Below are positions 28,853 through 39,552 of a stretch of 64,000 bases of DNA, piece after piece. Both the position numbers and the translations under genes were made by a program. The notes beneath the pieces are model-generated. The model was given only the letters and a program-made list of their open reading frames with translations. It was not told the DNA's origin and searched no databases. Each line of letters opens with the position of its first letter. Position 1 is the stretch's first letter. The DNA comes from Abditibacterium sp. (GTDB taxonomy: Bacteria > Armatimonadota > Abditibacteriia > Abditibacteriales > Abditibacteriaceae), in assembly GCA_965199495.1 (NCBI GenBank), contig CBDASK010000003.1, forward strand, positions 1,472,001 to 1,536,000. Reading direction: 5' to 3'.

Positions 28853-31800
28853 ATGCGCTTTTTCATGCCCGCTGCGGCAGCCTTGCTTCTGATAAGTCCC
28901 GTCATTCGCCTCGCACAGGCCCAGACAACCCCCGAAAAAATAACGCCGCTCGCGCCCAAAACGCAATCGCAATCCCTCGTCAACCAACTGCTGCGCGAAG
29001 GCAAAGTCATGCGCGCCTCAGACGCCAAACGCGGCATGAAAGGTTACGCGCTCAGCGTGTTTCAGGGCACCAAAATCGAGAAGTTCAACGTCGAAGTTTT
29101 GGGCACGCTCGAACGCGTGCAGGGCGGCGGCGACTTGGTAATGATTAAAGTTTTGGATGGGCCGGTCGTCACGCGACAGAGCGGTATTATTCAGGGCATG
29201 AGCGGTTCGCCGGTTTATATCAACGGTAAACTTCTGGGCGCCATCGCGATTGGTTTTGGCTTTCCCAAAGAACCGATTGGCGGCGTCACGCCCATCACTG
29301 AAATGATCGAGGGCGCCCTGCCCGATAATTCGCAGAAACCCAATCCCGTCAAAGTCGCGGAATTGCCCGCGTTGTCGCGCCGTGTGGCGAATTATAGCGC
29401 GGCCAAAGCCGATAAAGCGCAGGTTTTCACCGCGCCGCAACCGTGGATCGAAGGCGCGTATGTTCCCAAACAGCCGCTGCAAATCGGCGAGCATAACGTG
29501 ACGCGCGTGGCGGTTTCGTCCGACCTGCGCGTGCCCGATTGGAGCGGCGTGGCTGGTGCCGCCACGATGGCGATGCGGCCTTGCACGCGATTAGTTTTGT
29601 TGAGCGGCGTTTCGCCCGATTCTTTGCCGCGCTGGCAACGCTTGTTCGCGCCCTATGGTTTAACGCCGATGATCGGCGGCGGCGCGATGAGCAAATCGGC
29701 GCAAATGCAGGTTTTTGGCACGCCCTCGACCAAAACCGGCGTGCAAGCCAACTTGGCGCCGGGCGCGGCGATTGGCGTTCAACTCGCGTCGGGCGATGTG
29801 GACGCGACTGGCGTTGGAACCGTCACTTATCGCGTGGGCAATCGCCTATTGGCGTTTGGGCATCCGATGTTCAACTTGGGCAGCGTTTCGATGCCGATGA
29901 CGACGGCTTACGTTCACGATATTTTTCCGGCCTACGACATTTCGTTTAAATTAGCCTCGCCAATTAAGGTCGTGGGCGAGTTGCAGCAGGACACCAACTT
30001 CGCGATTGGCGGCACCGTCGGGCGCATCGCGCAGACCGTCCCGATGCACATTTCCCTCGTTGACCCGGCCAAGAAAATCAATCGCGATTGGAACATGAAG
30101 CTCATCAAAGACCCGCTGTTTACTCCGCAGTTGGCGAGCAACACCGCGCAGGAAGCGCTGACCGCCGCATTGGGTTTAGATTCGGGCAAAACCGTCAACG
30201 TCGCGTTTCGCATGCGTCTGAAAAATGGCGCGCTCATCAATCGGCACAACACGGTTTACTCGGACGGCCAAGTTTTGCAGGGCGCCTTGACCGAAATGCT
30301 GACGGCGCTGTCTTTAACGCAGCAAAACCCGTTCGAGAAGGGCGACATCGCCGGAATAGATTTGGCCGTCGAAGTCGTGCCCGAACGCAAAACCGCGACG
30401 ATTCGCGCGATTTCCGCCGACCGCAACAAAGTCAAGGCGGGCGAAAAAGTCACCGTGACCGTCGAATTGGAGCCGACCGGACAGCCCGACGAAACCGTTA
30501 CCAAACGATTTGTCGTGCCGATTCCCGCCGACTCACCTAACGGCACCTTGCGCGTGGCTGTTGGCCCCGCCGACTTGTTCTGGATGCTGCGCGCGCGCGT
30601 CGGTGGCACCCCGCCCAACCCCGGCAACCTGCCCGAACTGTTGCAAGCCTACGATAAAGTCGGCGCCTCCAACGTGTTGACTTTGCAGGCTTCGACGCCC
30701 GACCGATTTTTGTTGGTTGACCGCAAAAAAGTTTCGGATCCGCCGCCGTTGTGGGGTCGTTTGGTGCCGCAAGCCGCGTCGAGTTCGCTACGCGCCTATA
30801 ACGAGACCGTCGAGCAGCAGCAGAAAAGCGAATACGTGTTGTCGGGCCAGCAGTTTTTGGCGATTCCCGTTGAATCGGTGCGCCCCAGCGACCGCAACGA
30901 GCCAACGGACGCGACGCAAAATAGCGGCGCCAGCACCGCGAGCGATGCGACCGACGCGGGCGATATTCTGGACGGCGGACAAACCACGATGTCAACGCTG
31001 GGCGACGATGAAATGGCGACTGATTGGGATCAATTCGACACGCCCGCTCGCTATCGCGCCGTTTTGCGCAAGCTGAATTTGCGCAATCTGCAAATTCCGT
31101 CCAAGGGCAACGAACCGCCCAAACTGCCGCCGACCGAAACGCCCAAAACCACGCCCGCCGTGCCAGCCACGCCGACGCCCAAAGTCGAAGCGACGCCCGC
31201 GCCAACGCCGGTTCCGGCTCCGACGCCCGACCCAACGGCCAATAATATCGCGCGCCCGCCGGGCCGATGGATTCAAAACACGACCGCCGATTTCAACGGC
31301 GGCAATTTCTACGGTTCGGTCGTGAGCGACGACGGTTCGATTGTGCCCGGCCCGCGCGAAAAAGAATTGGTTTCGAGCGCCGAACCGGTCGCATGGAGTC
31401 TGGCGGTCGCACCCGACAACACGCTTTACGTCGGCACCGGTTTTCACGCGCGCCTGTTGCAAATTCGCAACGGCGTTTCGCGCGTGATGTTCGAGGGGCC
31501 AGAAGTCGCCATTACCGCCCTGGCGTTGGGCGAAGACGGCACCCTCTACGCCGGAGCCAGTCCGGGCGGACGCGTTTACCGGTTCAGGCCGGACGGCAAG
31601 CGCGAGGTTTTGCTGCAAACCAAAGAAACATTTATTCACGCGCTCAAAATTACGCCGCAGGGACTTTACGTCGGCACGGGCGGGCCGCGCGCCACGCTCT
31701 ATCGCATCGAAAACCCCGCGACGGTTTCGGCCAACCCGATTGCCAAACCGTTGGTCGTGTTGCCGCAAACGCATCTCAACTCGCTCGAAGTGCGCGGCTC

Positions 31801-33424
31801 CGACATCTATGCGGGCACCGGCGACGACGCGGTTTTGTATCGCGTGGACAGCGCGGGCACGGCGACGGCGCTCTATCAGGCGACCAATCCGACGGCGGCG
31901 AGCGGCGGCACGATTACGATTAGCGGCGCGGGCCAAACGCAGATCATCAACGTCGCGTCAACCGAGGGTGTGGGGATTGGCGGTATATCCGCCAATCCGC
32001 TGTTGAGGCGCGGTGGTTTGACTGGCGGCAACGAAATCACGACGATTGTCGCCGACGATGCGGACGGCGCCGATGCCGTTTATTTCGGCACGTTAGGCGG
32101 CGCTTCGGTTTATCGTTACACCGCCAAGCGCGGCGTCGAAGAGTATTGGAAGGCGACGACAGGCGCGATTTACACGCTCAAAATGAATAACGGCAGCCTC
32201 TACGCGGGTTGCGATGGCGGCGATGTGTGGAAACTCAACGGCGAAATTGGCGACGTGCGCGCCGCCCGCGTTTTGGACGCGACGCAGCCGCAGGTTCTGG
32301 CTCTGGCGGCGCAGGGCCAGACGCTTTATGCCGCGACTGCCAACAACGCGGCGGTTTACAAAATCGGCGCCGACGAGGGCGATAAAAGCAACGAATACGA
32401 TTCGGATATTTTCGACGCCAAAAGCGTGGTGCGCTGGGGCGCGCTCAACACACTGGGCGAGGGCGTGACGATTCAAACGCGCAGCGGAAACACGGTTGAC
32501 CCCGACGCGACTTGGAGCGATTGGGCGGCGCTCGACAACGGAAAAATCGCCTCGCCCGCCGGTCGCTACTTGCAATATCGCGCCAAACTCGAAGACGGCG
32601 GCAAGCTCGCGCGCGTCGAAGCGCTCTATCGCGCGCCCAACCGCGCGCCCAAAGTGACGCTGACTTTGCCCAAAGGCGGCGAAACAATCCGCGCCGACAA
32701 AACTTTGACATGGACAGGCACCGATCCCGACAGCGATGCGCTCCGTTACGCGGTTTCGATTGCGGGCGCCGACGGAAAGTTCGCGCCCGTCCAAGATCCG
32801 ACGCCGACCGACGCCAAAGTTGATCTCGACACCACGAAATACAAAGATGGCGTCTACCGTTTGCAGGTGCGCGCCTCGGACGCCGCGCGCAACCCCGAAG
32901 ACCCGATGAGCGACACGGCGACTTCGCTGCCCTTCACCATTGATAACACGCCGCCGACCTTCGCGAGCTTGAGCGTGGTCAAAGCCGATAACGGCTGGAA
33001 GTTAGAGGGCGTGGCGGGGGACGCGACTTCGCCGTTGGCGGGCGCCGAATGGCGCATCAAGCCCGACGAACCCAAAAAGCCGGACGCAACCAAGAAAGAC
33101 GACAAAAAAGCGGGCGCCAAAGTCGAAACCGTCGCGGTCACGACCGGCGATTCGACCGACGACGCGACGGATGACGCCACAGACGACACGACCAAAACCG
33201 ACGATGCCAAAGCGAAAGCCGACGCCAAAGCCGCAGCCACGGCGCGTAGCGCGTGGCAGGCCGTCGGCGCGGCGGACGGTTTGTTCGACAGCAAAAGCGA
33301 GACGTTAATCGCGATTTTGGATTCGGATTTCGCGCCCGCTCCACTCCAAAGCGGCCTGGAAATCGAAGTGCGTTTGCGCGATGCGGCGGGCAATTCGACG
33401 ATCAAAACGTTGAAGTTGCCGTAG
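28853..33424 (+). CDS. Large secreted protein: SpoIVB-type peptidase S55 fused to beta-propeller and Ig/FN3-like domains
   Basis: IIQGMSGSPVY, AFGHP; Pro/Thr linker; repeated LYVGTG/LYAG propeller blades; RYLQYRA. Confidence 0.82.
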   Translation: MRFFMPAAAALLLISPVIRLAQAQTTPEKITPLAPKTQSQSLVNQLLREGKVMRASDAKRGMKGYALSVFQGTKIEKFNVEVLGTLERVQGGGDLVMIKVLDGPVVTRQSGIIQGMSGSPVYINGKLLGAIAIGFGFPKEPIGGVTPITEMIEGALPDNSQKPNPVKVAELPALSRRVANYSAAKADKAQVFTAPQPWIEGAYVPKQPLQIGEHNVTRVAVSSDLRVPDWSGVAGAATMAMRPCTRLVLLSGVSPDSLPRWQRLFAPYGLTPMIGGGAMSKSAQMQVFGTPSTKTGVQANLAPGAAIGVQLASGDVDATGVGTVTYRVGNRLLAFGHPMFNLGSVSMPMTTAYVHDIFPAYDISFKLASPIKVVGELQQDTNFAIGGTVGRIAQTVPMHISLVDPAKKINRDWNMKLIKDPLFTPQLASNTAQEALTAALGLDSGKTVNVAFRMRLKNGALINRHNTVYSDGQVLQGALTEMLTALSLTQQNPFEKGDIAGIDLAVEVVPERKTATIRAISADRNKVKAGEKVTVTVELEPTGQPDETVTKRFVVPIPADSPNGTLRVAVGPADLFWMLRARVGGTPPNPGNLPELLQAYDKVGASNVLTLQASTPDRFLLVDRKKVSDPPPLWGRLVPQAASSSLRAYNETVEQQQKSEYVLSGQQFLAIPVESVRPSDRNEPTDATQNSGASTASDATDAGDILDGGQTTMSTLGDDEMATDWDQFDTPARYRAVLRKLNLRNLQIPSKGNEPPKLPPTETPKTTPAVPATPTPKVEATPAPTPVPAPTPDPTANNIARPPGRWIQNTTADFNGGNFYGSVVSDDGSIVPGPREKELVSSAEPVAWSLAVAPDNTLYVGTGFHARLLQIRNGVSRVMFEGPEVAITALALGEDGTLYAGASPGGRVYRFRPDGKREVLLQTKETFIHALKITPQGLYVGTGGPRATLYRIENPATVSANPIAKPLVVLPQTHLNSLEVRGSDIYAGTGDDAVLYRVDSAGTATALYQATNPTAASGGTITISGAGQTQIINVASTEGVGIGGISANPLLRRGGLTGGNEITTIVADDADGADAVYFGTLGGASVYRYTAKRGVEEYWKATTGAIYTLKMNNGSLYAGCDGGDVWKLNGEIGDVRAARVLDATQPQVLALAAQGQTLYAATANNAAVYKIGADEGDKSNEYDSDIFDAKSVVRWGALNTLGEGVTIQTRSGNTVDPDATWSDWAALDNGKIASPAGRYLQYRAKLEDGGKLARVEALYRAPNRAPKVTLTLPKGGETIRADKTLTWTGTDPDSDALRYAVSIAGADGKFAPVQDPTPTDAKVDLDTTKYKDGVYRLQVRASDAARNPEDPMSDTATSLPFTIDNTPPTFASLSVVKADNGWKLEGVAGDATSPLAGAEWRIKPDEPKKPDATKKDDKKAGAKVETVAVTTGDSTDDATDDATDDTTKTDDAKAKADAKAAATARSAWQAVGAADGLFDSKSETLIAILDSDFAPAPLQSGLEIEVRLRDAAGNSTIKTLKLP

Positions 33425-33508
33425 GGATTTTGGGTTGAGAAAGGCGAGGGTTTGCGGGATGGTTGGCTGTCGGCGTAACGGCACTGGATTAAGGTTTCGG
33501 CAACTCGC

Positions 33509-33665
33509 ACTCACACCCCCACTGCCTTCGGCATCTCCCCCTCCGAGAGGGGAAGAATGCCTCATCAGGTTGAAGAGCTTTCTTGGTCAATGTGGAGCTG
33601 CGAAGTAACTGAGGCATTCTTCCCCTCTCGGAGGGGGAGATGCCGAAGGCAGTGGGGGTGTGAGT
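33509..33665. repeat. REP-like palindromic element with perfect 56-bp arms
   Basis: 33509-33564 is the exact reverse complement of 33610-33665. Confidence 0.9.
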
Positions 33666-33689
33666 TCAAGTCGCTTCCAACTTAACCCA

Positions 33690-34070
33690 ATGCCACTGCC
33701 AATGCTCAAACGTCTACTGAAAATCGCGCTCATCGTATGCGCCATATTTTCGCTACCGATAATCGCGATAGCAACGTTCGTCTGGTATAGCGATTATCGC
33801 GAAGCGCGCAACACTTTCACGATAGAGCAGGTCTGCTCGATCAAAACGGGCGAAAACATAGACGAGGCGCTGAAGAAATTGGGTGATCCGGTCGAATATC
33901 ACACCTACAATTTCAGCAACGTTTACAGTGGGCAATATCGCAATGTGCGGTGCGGTTACTTCGTTGAAATTCCTTATACGCAGGATAAAGGCATAGTTGA
34001 AGAGATATTTTGGGGACGAGGCCGCACCCAAACTCTGGCACAAAGCGGCGTCTGTGGTAAATCTCGATGA
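33690..34070 (+). CDS. Hypothetical membrane-anchored protein
   Basis: N-terminal TM; lower GC than its neighbours; start uncertain. Confidence 0.5.
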   Translation: MPLPMLKRLLKIALIVCAIFSLPIIAIATFVWYSDYREARNTFTIEQVCSIKTGENIDEALKKLGDPVEYHTYNFSNVYSGQYRNVRCGYFVEIPYTQDKGIVEEIFWGRGRTQTLAQSGVCGKSR

Positions 34071-34203
34071 AAATATAAGCCGCAATTTGGAAATTTCCGT
34101 GCCATAACAATTTCACATTTCCCCCTAACTTTAAAACGGAATTGAGCGGCACTTTCGCGGGTTTAACGCGTCCAAATTCACGGTAAAAACAACGGCCCAT
34201 CCC

Positions 34204-35115
34204 ATGACTTCTGGTAGCCCCACTTCGCAAATCGAGGCGCCCGCGCCCGACACCACAGAATCGCGGCCTGCGGGCGCGACTTCGGCGCCGCCGCGCGCGC
34301 GCATTTCCGCCGCTCCTTCGCGCGTGGTGAAGTGCTATCTTTCTATCGTCGTGCCCGCCTACAACGAGCAAGACCGTTTGCCTGACACACTTACTGCCAT
34401 CGCCGATTACTTGAAAATGCGCGATTTTTCGCACGAATTGCTGGTCGTTGACGACGGTTCGCGCGATTCGACGCGCGATGTCGTGCGCGAATTCGCCGCC
34501 TCGCGCTCGTGGGTTCGCCTGGTGCAATACGACGACGAACACGGCCACGCCTTGAACAGAGGCAAAGGTTTCGCGGTGCGCGCGGGCATCGAAGCCGCCG
34601 TTGGTCGCGACATTCTGTTTTCCGACGCCGATCTCAGCACGCCCATCGAAGATATGGAGCGATTATTGCCGCCGATTTCGCGCGGCGTGTGCGACGTGGC
34701 TATTGCTTCACGCGCGCTGCCCGAATCGAATTTGGACGTGCATCAACCCGCGCACCGCGAATGGATGGGCCGCACTTTTAACCGTTTGGTGCAAGCCATC
34801 GCGGTGCCCGGCGTCGTGGATACGCAATGCGGTTTTAAAGCATTTCGTGGCGATGTCGCCAAACGATTATTCGCGATGGCGCAAATTGATGGCTTCGGTT
34901 TCGATCCCGAAATTCTGTTTCTGGCGCACAAATACGGTTACACCATTCGCGAAATTCCCGTGACGTGGCGCCATCGCGATAACTCGCGCGTTAATCCGAT
35001 CACGGCGCCGTTTTCGATGTTTAAAGAACTTTTGGAAATTCGCTGGAACGATGCGCGCGGCCTGTATGACGAAGAGCCGAAAGTGCAAAAGCAACCCGAA
35101 CCGTCCGAGCGTTAG
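34204..35115 (+). CDS. Polyprenyl/dolichyl-phosphate glycosyltransferase (GT2)
   Basis: VPAYNEQDRL, VDDGSRD, NRGKGFAV, FSDADLSTP, DTQCGFKAF. Confidence 0.9.
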   Translation: MTSGSPTSQIEAPAPDTTESRPAGATSAPPRARISAAPSRVVKCYLSIVVPAYNEQDRLPDTLTAIADYLKMRDFSHELLVVDDGSRDSTRDVVREFAASRSWVRLVQYDDEHGHALNRGKGFAVRAGIEAAVGRDILFSDADLSTPIEDMERLLPPISRGVCDVAIASRALPESNLDVHQPAHREWMGRTFNRLVQAIAVPGVVDTQCGFKAFRGDVAKRLFAMAQIDGFGFDPEILFLAHKYGYTIREIPVTWRHRDNSRVNPITAPFSMFKELLEIRWNDARGLYDEEPKVQKQPEPSER

Positions 35116-35143
35116 GGGCACGAAAACTTTGTGGGGCACACGA

Positions 35144-35209
35144 GGGCACAGAACTTGAGCGACGAAACCGGAAATTTACGCGGTTTTATCGTGCTGAGTT
35201 CTGTGCCCT
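35144..35209. repeat. Imperfect hairpin upstream of nhaA
   Basis: agggcacagaact..aaaccg / cggttt..agttctgtgccct. Confidence 0.5.
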
Positions 35210-35248
35210 TTGTTGTTTTTATCGCGAAATTTTATTGCCCTCCTTTTC

Positions 35249-36457
35249 ATGCTTTCAAAAATTCAGTCCGTCATTCAAGAAACTTTGCCGTCGAGTCCGG
35301 CTTTCAAGGAGTTCACCGACAACGAAAAATCGGCGGGCGTTTTCCTGATGATCTGTTCGATTGTCGCGTTGATTTTAGCCAACTCGCCGCTATCCGCGAC
35401 TTATCTGCATTGGTGGAAAATCTATCTCGGCCCACCCGGTTTATCGTTGAGTTTGTCGCACTGGATTAACGATGGTTTGATGGCGATTTTCTTTATGCTG
35501 ATTGGCCTGGAACTCAAGCGCGAGGTTTATGTCGGCGAACTTTCCGACGTCAAAAACGCGACCTTGCCGATTATCGCCGCGCTGGGCGGCATTTCGGTTC
35601 CGGCGCTAATTCACTTCGCTTTCAATCGCGGTTTGCCCACGCAAAGCGGCTTCGCCATTCCGATGGCGACCGACATCGCTTTCGTTTTGAGCGTCTTGGC
35701 ACTGGCTGGAAACCGCGTGCCGGTTTCGCTGAAAATTTTCTTGACCGCCATCGCCGTCATTGACGATTTGTGCGCCATTATCGTAATCGCGCTCTTTTAC
35801 ACCGCCGATTTGAACCTGACGTATCTCGCGATGGCGGGCGGCGTGGCTGTTCTTTTGGTCATCCTCAACAGAATGCGCGTGATGAGCTTAATTCCCTATC
35901 TATTATTGGGCGCGTTGATGTGGTTTTTCATGCTCGAATCGGGCATTCACGCCACAATCGCGGGCGTAATTCTGGCGTTTGCCTTTCCGTTTCGCTCCAC
36001 AGTTGAGGGCCAAAAATCGCCGATGGCGCGTTTAGAAAGCGCGCTGCACAAACCCGTGGCTTTTATCATTCTGCCGATATTCGCTTTCGCCAACGCGGGC
36101 GTTGTCATCGGCGGCGGCGCCGTTGCCGGTCTGCTTGCGCCCAACGGATTGGGCATCATGGTGGGATTAATTTTGGGCAAGTTCGTCGGCGTTGCTCTGG
36201 CGAGTTTTTTTGCCGTCAAAGTCGGTTTGGGCGCGTTGCCCAACGATATTCACTGGAAGCACGTTGCGGGCGCCGCGTGGCTGACAGGTATCGGTTTCAC
36301 GATGTCCATTTTCATTACCAATTTGGCGTTTGAAACGCAGGGCGATTTGATCAACAGCTCCAAAATGGCGATTTTGCTTTCTTCGATTATCGCCGGTGTC
36401 ATCGGTTATCTTTGGCTCATCACCGTCAGCAAATCATCAACAAAATCGCAGTCGTGA
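35249..36457 (+). CDS. nhaA: Na+/H+ antiporter NhaA
   Basis: WINDGLMAIFF, GLELKRE, PMATDIAF, AVIDDL, GIGFTMSIF. Confidence 0.95.
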   Translation: MLSKIQSVIQETLPSSPAFKEFTDNEKSAGVFLMICSIVALILANSPLSATYLHWWKIYLGPPGLSLSLSHWINDGLMAIFFMLIGLELKREVYVGELSDVKNATLPIIAALGGISVPALIHFAFNRGLPTQSGFAIPMATDIAFVLSVLALAGNRVPVSLKIFLTAIAVIDDLCAIIVIALFYTADLNLTYLAMAGGVAVLLVILNRMRVMSLIPYLLLGALMWFFMLESGIHATIAGVILAFAFPFRSTVEGQKSPMARLESALHKPVAFIILPIFAFANAGVVIGGGAVAGLLAPNGLGIMVGLILGKFVGVALASFFAVKVGLGALPNDIHWKHVAGAAWLTGIGFTMSIFITNLAFETQGDLINSSKMAILLSSIIAGVIGYLWLITVSKSSTKSQS

Positions 36458-36573
36458 ATCAATAAATGGGTTTCAACCCATGATTTCGGCTTCAAGATCA
36501 AAGGGGTTCCGCACGCTACGAGTAACTTGTTCGCATCAGAATTTCCGGCTAAAATGAGATTGAGAATCAATTT

Positions 36574-36897
36574 ATGAAGAGTCGAATTATGTATATCGAA
36601 CGCAAAGCGGGCAATCTTACCGGGACAGCTCGCATCGGTCGCGTCACGTTTTCCAAAACCGGCAAAACACTTTATTATCGCGGTAAGAAGTTGCAAAGCC
36701 TCAAAGGCAATGGCTTCAAAGCGAATTTTTACGATTTGGCAACCGGCGAAGATTTCTGGATTTCTGGCTGCAAAAAAGATGGTACAGATCGGCTCTATGG
36801 CGAACGCTTGCCCATCAAAATAGACGATGATGTGCGAGAAGAGTATTGGCTAAAAATCCGTGAGTTACCCGCAAAAGTTGAAGATTACGTTGCATAA
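36574..36897 (+). CDS. Conserved hypothetical protein
   Basis: MKSRIMYIERK..ARIGRVTFSKTGKTLYY..WISGCKKDGTDRLY; a small family I recall being mislabelled as DXP synthase. Confidence 0.75.
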   Translation: MKSRIMYIERKAGNLTGTARIGRVTFSKTGKTLYYRGKKLQSLKGNGFKANFYDLATGEDFWISGCKKDGTDRLYGERLPIKIDDDVREEYWLKIRELPAKVEDYVA

Positions 36898-36939
36898 ATA
36901 AAAGCGCCGCTTCACCAAAATGGTGAAGCGGCGTTTTAT
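36898..36939. terminator. Bidirectional intrinsic terminator
   Basis: ATAAAAGCGCCGCTTCACCA-aaa-TGGTGAAGCGGCGTTTTAT. Confidence 0.85.
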
Positions 36940-36951
36940 CGTCAGCCGAGC

Positions 36952-37554
36952 TTATTTATCGTTGCCGACGCGCATGGCTTTGTCGAGGATGTGATCGATC
37001 ATGCCGTAGGCTTTGGCCTCTTCGGCGCCCATCCATTTATCGCGTTCGACATCGGCTTCGATGCGTTCAATCGGCTGGCCGGTGTGATGGGCCATGATCG
37101 AGTTGAGCGTGCTTTTGAGCGTCAGCATTTCGCGTAAATTGATTTCGGCGTCGGTGGCCTGACCTTCAAAACCGCCCGACGGCTGGTGAATCATCACGCG
37201 CGCGTTGGGCGTCGCGTAACGCTTGCCCTCGTCGCCCGCGCACAGCAAAAGCGCGCCATAAGACGCGGCGTAACCCGTGCAAATCGTGGCGATGGGACAG
37301 GAAACGGTTTGCATCGTGTCGTAAATCGCGTTGCCCGCGTAAATGGAGCCACCGGGCGAGTTGATGTAGATGTCAATATCGCGTTCGGGGTCTTCTTTTT
37401 CCAAGAACAGAAGTTGCGCCTGCACGACCGTTGCGAGCGCGTCGGTGACTGGCTCGTGAATGAAAATGATGCGCTCTTTGAGCAAGCGGTCGAAGATGCT
37501 CATGCCGCGCTCGCCGCGCGGGGTGTCTTCGACGACGTAAGGAACTAATGGCAT
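36952..37554 (-). CDS. clpP: ATP-dependent Clp protease proteolytic subunit
   Basis: YINSPGG, GYAAS (Ser), MIHQP (His), GMIDHI. Confidence 0.96.
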   Translation of the reverse strand: MPLVPYVVEDTPRGERGMSIFDRLLKERIIFIHEPVTDALATVVQAQLLFLEKEDPERDIDIYINSPGGSIYAGNAIYDTMQTVSCPIATICTGYAASYGALLLCAGDEGKRYATPNARVMIHQPSGGFEGQATDAEINLREMLTLKSTLNSIMAHHTGQPIERIEADVERDKWMGAEEAKAYGMIDHILDKAMRVGNDK

Positions 37555-37704
37555 AGTGGTTTTTGGTTTGGGCGTTGGAACGCGAAAGAAAATTGGAAAA
37601 CTCGCTTTCGCAAACGCAAAGAGACGCCGTTTGGCGCCTCTTCACAATCTCCCTATTCCTACGCTTGCGCCCCCGCGACGTTCCGCGTGGCTGCTGACAA
37701 GCAC

Positions 37705-39288
37705 CTACACGCTGGTGTCGGTTTTGGCGTCCTCGACCGGGCCGCCTTCGGGTTCGACAACGCTGCGATCCGTGTCATCAACCGGCACATCTTCGCTCGC
37801 GGCATCGGAAGTTGCGTCCTCGCTTTCGGCGACGAACGTAGTATCGGCGCCCGCGTCTTCGGCTTCGTCCTCCATCGCGTCCAATTCGTCCATCGCGTCG
37901 GCGATGTCAGCATCTTCGAGCGCTTCGTTGGCTTCGTCGTCCATCGCGGGCATATCCATCGAAACGGCGTTGCCCTGCTCGTCGGTGATGGCGGACAAAT
38001 CCACCAAATAATCGATCGCTTTGCGCTGCAAAATCGAGGTGCGCACATTAGCCACCGGCACGTTCTGCACCAATTCTTCGGGCGGCGTGTTGGTGACATT
38101 GGCCATCAACAGATAATGCTGCTCCAACTCTTCGCGCGAAACCGGGAACTGCTGGCCTTCGGCGATTTGATCCAAAACCAACTCGGTTTTGAGTTCGCCC
38201 GCCAATTCTTCTTTCAAGTCGTCTTCGAGCTGTTCCTGCGTCGAATTGATCGCGCTCAAATAGGCTTCCATCGTGGCGCCATTTTGTCCCAATTCCTGCG
38301 TGATGCCTTCCAAACGCTCCTGCAAACGCAGGTCAACCAGAGCCGATGGCACATCGAAATTGGTGCGATCCACGATCTGCTCGACCAAGGCTTCGCGCAC
38401 CTCTTTGCGCGCCTCACGCTCGCCGGTGGCTTGCAGATACTGGCGCAGGTTATTTTTCAAATCTTCGACGTTCTCGCTCTGACGAATCTGGGCGAACTCA
38501 TCGGTCAATTCCGGCACGACTTTCTCTTTGATCGCCGTGACTTTGACCTCGAACTCGGCTTCTTTGCCCTGCAAATCGGCGTCGGGAAATTCGTCCGGGT
38601 AGGTCATGGTGAAACGCTTGGTTTCGTCCAGATTGATGCCGACCAATTGGTCGTCAATCGCTGGCACAAAACCGCTTTCGCCCACGACGAAACCGCGCAG
38701 GTTGGCGGGTTCTTCGCTTCTGGGTTCGCCATCCAAAAAGACCTGCACATCGGCGAACAAAACGTCGCCCATTTCGACCGCGCGTTCGGGCGCGTTCTTC
38801 AAATAGGCCGCTTCCTCGCGCATCTGATTCAAGGCCTGCTCAACGTCTTCGTCGGTGATTTGAATGTCGCGCTTGACGGCGGCCAAACCTTCGGTCGAAC
38901 CCAGTTCGATTTCGGGACGCGCGATGACGCGGGCCACGAAGGTGAACGGCTTCTCGTTGTCGAAGGCGTCGAAATCAATTTCGTCCACTTCGGCGCGTTC
39001 GAGCGGAATCACTTTTTCCTGTTCGAGCGCGGCCTGATAGGCGGCGCCGACGATCTGGTCGGCGACTTCTTGGGCGATGGCTTCGTCGCCGACGTTGCGG
39101 CGCACGATGCCCGCAGGAATCGAACCGGGACGAAAGCCGGGCACGCGAATGCGCTTGGACATCTCTTTCACGACGCGCGCGCGCGCATCGCTGACGGCGC
39201 TGGGCGCGACTTCGATGTTGAGGGTAATGACGCCGCCCTCGCCGGGCGCACGGGTGACATTTTGCAGTTGGATGGGGTTATTTTGCAC
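37705..39288 (-). CDS. tig: Trigger factor
   Basis: VPGFRPG signature, FKBP domain; acidic C-terminal tail; upstream of clpP. Confidence 0.93.
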   Translation of the reverse strand: MQNNPIQLQNVTRAPGEGGVITLNIEVAPSAVSDARARVVKEMSKRIRVPGFRPGSIPAGIVRRNVGDEAIAQEVADQIVGAAYQAALEQEKVIPLERAEVDEIDFDAFDNEKPFTFVARVIARPEIELGSTEGLAAVKRDIQITDEDVEQALNQMREEAAYLKNAPERAVEMGDVLFADVQVFLDGEPRSEEPANLRGFVVGESGFVPAIDDQLVGINLDETKRFTMTYPDEFPDADLQGKEAEFEVKVTAIKEKVVPELTDEFAQIRQSENVEDLKNNLRQYLQATGEREARKEVREALVEQIVDRTNFDVPSALVDLRLQERLEGITQELGQNGATMEAYLSAINSTQEQLEDDLKEELAGELKTELVLDQIAEGQQFPVSREELEQHYLLMANVTNTPPEELVQNVPVANVRTSILQRKAIDYLVDLSAITDEQGNAVSMDMPAMDDEANEALEDADIADAMDELDAMEDEAEDAGADTTFVAESEDATSDAASEDVPVDDTDRSVVEPEGGPVEDAKTDTSV

Positions 39289-39331
39289 GACTTGAGAAAT
39301 CCTTTTCGTTTTAAATTTTGGAATCGCTCTG

Positions 39332-39468
39332 GTTCAGGAAACGGGAAACAGGAGACGAAGGAGACAGTTTGTTTTAACATCGAAATCCAGAGAGCAAAAA
39401 TTTTCCTTGCCCACTGAACTCATGCGAGTTCCTGTCTCCTTCGTCTCCCGTTTCCTTGTCTCCTGAAC
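39332..39468. repeat. Inverted heptamer arrays (GGAGACR type)
   Basis: gttcaggaaacgggaaacaggagacgaaggagacag ... cctgtctccttcgtctcccgtttccttgtctcctgaac. Confidence 0.75.
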
Positions 39469-39552
39469 ATCGCCCGATTCACAAAAATGCCCCGCTCACG
39501 AGAGATGTGCGCGGGGCTTCGGGCTGGTCAAGAGCAAATTGAAATGGAGAAA

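Noticed and set aside
37687..39417. 576-aa plus-strand ORF
   Set aside because: Antisense shadow of tig.
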